From contig CALGXJ010000128.1 of the NCBI GenBank assembly GCA_937936035.1, positions 1-49,610 of the forward strand: a stretch of 49,610 nucleotides of DNA, written 5' to 3'. The stretch's first letter is position 1. Every line of letters begins with the position of its first letter. Shown one piece after another: positions 47,022-49,610 of this stretch. The notes below the pieces were generated by a model. The model ran no database searches and was not told the DNA's origin. It saw only the letters and a program-made list of their open reading frames with translations. Source of the stretch: Candidatus Kapaibacterium sp. Its GTDB lineage: Bacteria > Bacteroidota > Ignavibacteria > Kapaibacteriales > UBA2268. Made by a program: the position numbers and the translations under genes.

Positions 47022-47999
47022 ATGCCATCAGCAATTAGCGGTGATTCAAGAATACGGACGAACATCCCCGCGGACAATGCTTACAACGCTCTTACGGCTT
47101 CGAGCAACAATATTGCTCTTCGCCAATTGCGACTATCGACAGGCAAGAGAATTAACTCTGCCGCTGACGACGTATCCGGCTACATTACTTCACGTGCATT
47201 GCAAGCTCGCAACGGTGCATTGAAAGCTGCGCTCAATTCAGCTGGTGATGCTAAAAATGTTACATCAATAGCTCAGGATGCTCTTGACCAGATTAGTACA
47301 CTTGTTACTCAAATCAAGGATGCAGCTGCAACTGCATCATCGGGTGCTTTGGGCACAGACGAAAAAGTTGCACTTGCAAAAGGTGCATACCGCCTTGCTC
47401 AGCAAATTCAGTTTATTACAGATTCAACTGTGTTCGGCGGCAAGCAGCTGCTTCAAGGCAACTTTACAGGCGAATGGGTTACCGGCTATTATGCTAATAA
47501 CAATTTGATGAAGATAAGAATTGACCTAACTACAAGCAATCCTGATTTTAACGTCGCTGGTAGCTTTGATTTGAATGCAACAAGCGAAGCAACAGCTGTT
47601 CGAGGCAGTGCTACTGGTGCTTCAACAAGCTTTGCTGGCGTAGCAGGACTGAACCTTGAGAATCTTAACGCTGTTTCTGCTACCAATCTTGGTATATTTA
47701 ATAACGTTGGCGCAACTTCTGCTATTACTAGAACAATCTCGTCGCTTGCTATGGCTATTGATAACATTAACAAAGTCGCATCGTATCTCGGCGGAATCGA
47801 GGTTCGTATCAATGCACAAGAAAATGTGCTTAAATCGCAAATCACAAACTACAAAGCTGCAATATCACGTATCGAAGATGCTGATGTCGCAACAGAGCAA
47901 ATGGAACTTATAAAATCCCAGTTCTTACAACAAGCATCGCTTGTTTCGCTTGCCCAAGCAAACCAAAATCCACAACAATTCTTGCAATTGTTTAGGTAA
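47022..47999 (+). CDS. fliC: Flagellin (paralog 2)
   Basis: 325 aa. N- and C-terminal regions are nearly identical in protein to paralog 1, while the central ~110 aa diverge. Confidence 0.93.
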   Translation: MPSAISGDSRIRTNIPADNAYNALTASSNNIALRQLRLSTGKRINSAADDVSGYITSRALQARNGALKAALNSAGDAKNVTSIAQDALDQISTLVTQIKDAAATASSGALGTDEKVALAKGAYRLAQQIQFITDSTVFGGKQLLQGNFTGEWVTGYYANNNLMKIRIDLTTSNPDFNVAGSFDLNATSEATAVRGSATGASTSFAGVAGLNLENLNAVSATNLGIFNNVGATSAITRTISSLAMAIDNINKVASYLGGIEVRINAQENVLKSQITNYKAAISRIEDADVATEQMELIKSQFLQQASLVSLAQANQNPQQFLQLFR

Positions 48000-48026
48000 T
48001 TGGGCATAGTTTTTGCTTGAAATAAA

Positions 48027-48051
48027 GAGCGGTATCAGGAAGATACCGCTC
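48027..48051 (+). terminator. Hairpin after flagellin 2 (10-bp stem, weak U-tract)
   Basis: GAGCGGTATC-AGGAA-GATACCGCTC followed by CATTT. Confidence 0.55.
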
Positions 48052-48082
48052 CATTTAGAAAACAAAATGTGAGGATGAACGT

Positions 48083-48436
48083 ATGTTGACACAAGCACAA
48101 CAACTTGCCGCCTCGAAAATGTATGGTGGTGGCAAAGAGAAAAAAATTCCTGCTTATCTCGAACAGGAAGTCCTTTCGTGGAGCAAAGAAAAAATTATCC
48201 TGAAAATGTATGATTTATTCATTGTAAGCTGCAAAAGACAGGATGTCAATAAAATGAGCAGAGTGCTTGTTGAACTTATGGGTGCTCTCAATTTCGAATA
48301 CGAAGAAACAGCAACCCGTCTTTATCGGCTTTACGAATATTGCCAGAGATGTATTTTCCAGAAAAAATACGACGAAGCGCTATACATAATTACCGAGCTC
48401 CGCAACGCATGGGCAAAAGCCTTTAATTTTGAATAG
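48083..48436 (+). CDS. fliS: Flagellar export chaperone FliS
   Basis: 117 aa predicted four-helix protein. ILKMYD..I......D......L.EL...LNFE......LY.LYEYC is typical of FliS. Located between the flagellin genes and fliD. Confidence 0.8.
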   Translation: MLTQAQQLAASKMYGGGKEKKIPAYLEQEVLSWSKEKIILKMYDLFIVSCKRQDVNKMSRVLVELMGALNFEYEETATRLYRLYEYCQRCIFQKKYDEALYIITELRNAWAKAFNFE

Positions 48437-48453
48437 CGAAGGAGGTAATGACT

Positions 48454-49610
48454 ATGGCTATAGACACGTTCGGAATATCGGGCAGCGACAAGTCCTATAG
48501 CGAATTGCTTGTCGAATCATATAAAAAGTCGCAAGCAAGTCGCACAGAAGGATTAAAGTCGCGTAAGCAAACTCTTCAAACTCGCCAAAAGTTTTACAAC
48601 GACCTGAATGGTAAGCTGAACTCGCTTATTTCTCAACTCGATAAATTTGGCGAATATAAAAAGGTTGGCGATAATTTTACATTTACTCCCAAAAATGGGA
48701 TAAATGATAAGTTCAAAACTTATAAAGCTACCGCTACAACCAACGAATTTTTTACTGTAAAAGCTGACGGAAATGCCATAGTCGGTTCTAACTCAATAAA
48801 GGTAAACCGTATTGCTACAAATGATGTGTTGGTGTCCAATAGACTTAATCTTTCGGATGCATTCGGAGAAACTGCCGGCACAAAGTCTTTCGATCTTTCT
48901 GTTAACGACAAAACTTATACAGTTACGGTTAATTTTACCGGAAGCGAGACAAACGAAGAAGCAATGAAAAAGATTGTAAATGCTATCAACGGGATTAAAG
49001 ACGTTAAAATTAGTGCATCGCTTGTAAAAGATACTGAAACAACAGGAAGAATTTCCCTTATGTCCAAAGAAACCGGCGAAAACAATAAGATTACTTTTAC
49101 TCAAACATCGACAACTGAACTATTAGGCTGGACCACTTCGCTTTACACTGACCCGAACTCTCGTACAACTATTAGTGGAGGTTCAGCAGGCTATAAAGTT
49201 TCTGATGCGGCGTTGCTTAATGCGAGCTTCGACGCAAATGGGATAGAGATTACGAGAAACTCTAACGAAGTGAAAGATGTGTTGCCCGGCCTTACAATTA
49301 ACTTGTTGAAACCTCAAGCATCAGATGCCCAACCAATCAGCATTGCTACCGAAATTGATGTTGATGGATTTGAAAGCTTTGTCGATGCTTTAATTAAAGA
49401 ATACAACGGCGTTTTGTTTAATTTGAGCCAGAATAAAGATATTCAAAGGCAAGATACATCAATTTCGTCTTTGCAGCAAAGGTTACGTGCTGTGGGGACT
49501 TCCGTTCTTAGTCCGTCGGACGACCCGGACGCACCAAAGCGTCTTACTGATATTGGCTTTAAATTAAACAACGACGGGACATTAGTCCTTCGAGACAAAG
49601 ATAAATTAAA
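48454..49610 (+). CDS. fliD: Flagellar filament cap protein FliD (hook-associated protein 2), truncated at the window edge
   Basis: Not in the ORF track because no stop falls within the window. Hand translation from the ATG at 48454 (GGAGG 8 nt upstream) is open to 49610. It reads MAIDTFGISG...LNGKLNSLISQLDKF...VKADGNAIVGSNSIKVNRIATNDVLVS...VLPGLTINLLKPQ...LTDIGFKLNNDGTLVLRDKDKL, which matches FliD N-terminal, central and C-terminal signatures. Confidence 0.85.
   Translation, partial: MAIDTFGISGSDKSYSELLVESYKKSQASRTEGLKSRKQTLQTRQKFYNDLNGKLNSLISQLDKFGEYKKVGDNFTFTPKNGINDKFKTYKATATTNEFFTVKADGNAIVGSNSIKVNRIATNDVLVSNRLNLSDAFGETAGTKSFDLSVNDKTYTVTVNFTGSETNEEAMKKIVNAINGIKDVKISASLVKDTETTGRISLMSKETGENNKITFTQTSTTELLGWTTSLYTDPNSRTTISGGSAGYKVSDAALLNASFDANGIEITRNSNEVKDVLPGLTINLLKPQASDAQPISIATEIDVDGFESFVDALIKEYNGVLFNLSQNKDIQRQDTSISSLQQRLRAVGTSVLSPSDDPDAPKRLTDIGFKLNNDGTLVLRDKDKL

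Larger units (their letters stand above)
45867..47999 (+). repeat. Tandem duplication of the flagellin gene (two ~1 kb units plus their promoter/leader regions)
   Basis: Direct comparison of the two ORFs at protein and nucleotide level. Confidence 0.9.

Noticed and set aside
46966-47223. 85-aa ORF starting in the flagellin-2 leader and overlapping its 5' end out of frame
   Set aside because: It is out of frame with a strongly supported flagellin gene. Its ATG lies inside the leader AAGGATG motif, and the product has no features.
1-49610. CRISPR arrays, insertion sequences, integrases, prophage, toxin-antitoxin or known defence-system genes
   Set aside because: No regularly spaced repeats, transposase or integrase-like ORFs, or terminal inverted repeats were seen on either strand. 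The only sizeable DNA repeat is the flagellin tandem duplication.

Overview
This is a 49.6 kb chromosomal window of moderate-to-low GC with no rRNA, CRISPR array, transposase or integrase. All domain and family calls come from reading motifs in the supplied translations; no homology search was run. T9SS-type C-terminal sorting tails together with flagellar genes suggest an FCB-group lineage such as Ignavibacteriota or a relative, but this is inference only. (1) Positions 1-20.2 kb are housekeeping and envelope genes. They include a polytopic membrane protein, orphan leuCD, a flippase/M50 peptidase/manC operon, a STAS protein, the rpmH-rnpA-yidD-yidC cluster (rpmH is missing from the ORF track and was found by hand), comB-ftsK, a mixed gcvPA-ftsB-ROK-ridA-comF operon, a lipoprotein and mgtE. 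(2) Positions 20.5-42.7 kb are the most unusual part. Six secreted proteins (1828, 2673, 645, 390, 1064 and 258 aa) each carry a T9SS C-terminal sorting tail and none shows a recognisable catalytic domain. They are interrupted only by tRNA-Arg(CCG) and a membrane-anchored TPR protein. Four of them lie nearly back to back (one stop/start overlap, one 20-nt gap, one 92-nt gap holding a hairpin with no U-tract) and look like one operon. Their parts include Pmp-type GGAI beta-helix repeats, a seven-blade propeller inserted into that helix, cadherin/He_PIG-like, NIDO-like, CARDB-like and cohesin-like modules, one dockerin-like EF-hand pair, and an unnamed module (FG..A[TS]DG.D...E.E.PP.PP..FDaRW ... 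tl.W) present in three of the proteins. I propose a T9SS-delivered multi-protein surface assembly. (3) Positions 42.7-45.7 kb hold a GT2 polyprenyl-phosphate glycosyltransferase, a small outer-membrane beta-barrel and a GT9 heptosyltransferase-like enzyme. (4) Positions 45.7-49.6 kb hold two tandem flagellin paralogs with textbook sigma-28 promoters and GGA-loop leader hairpins, then fliS and a 3'-truncated fliD.
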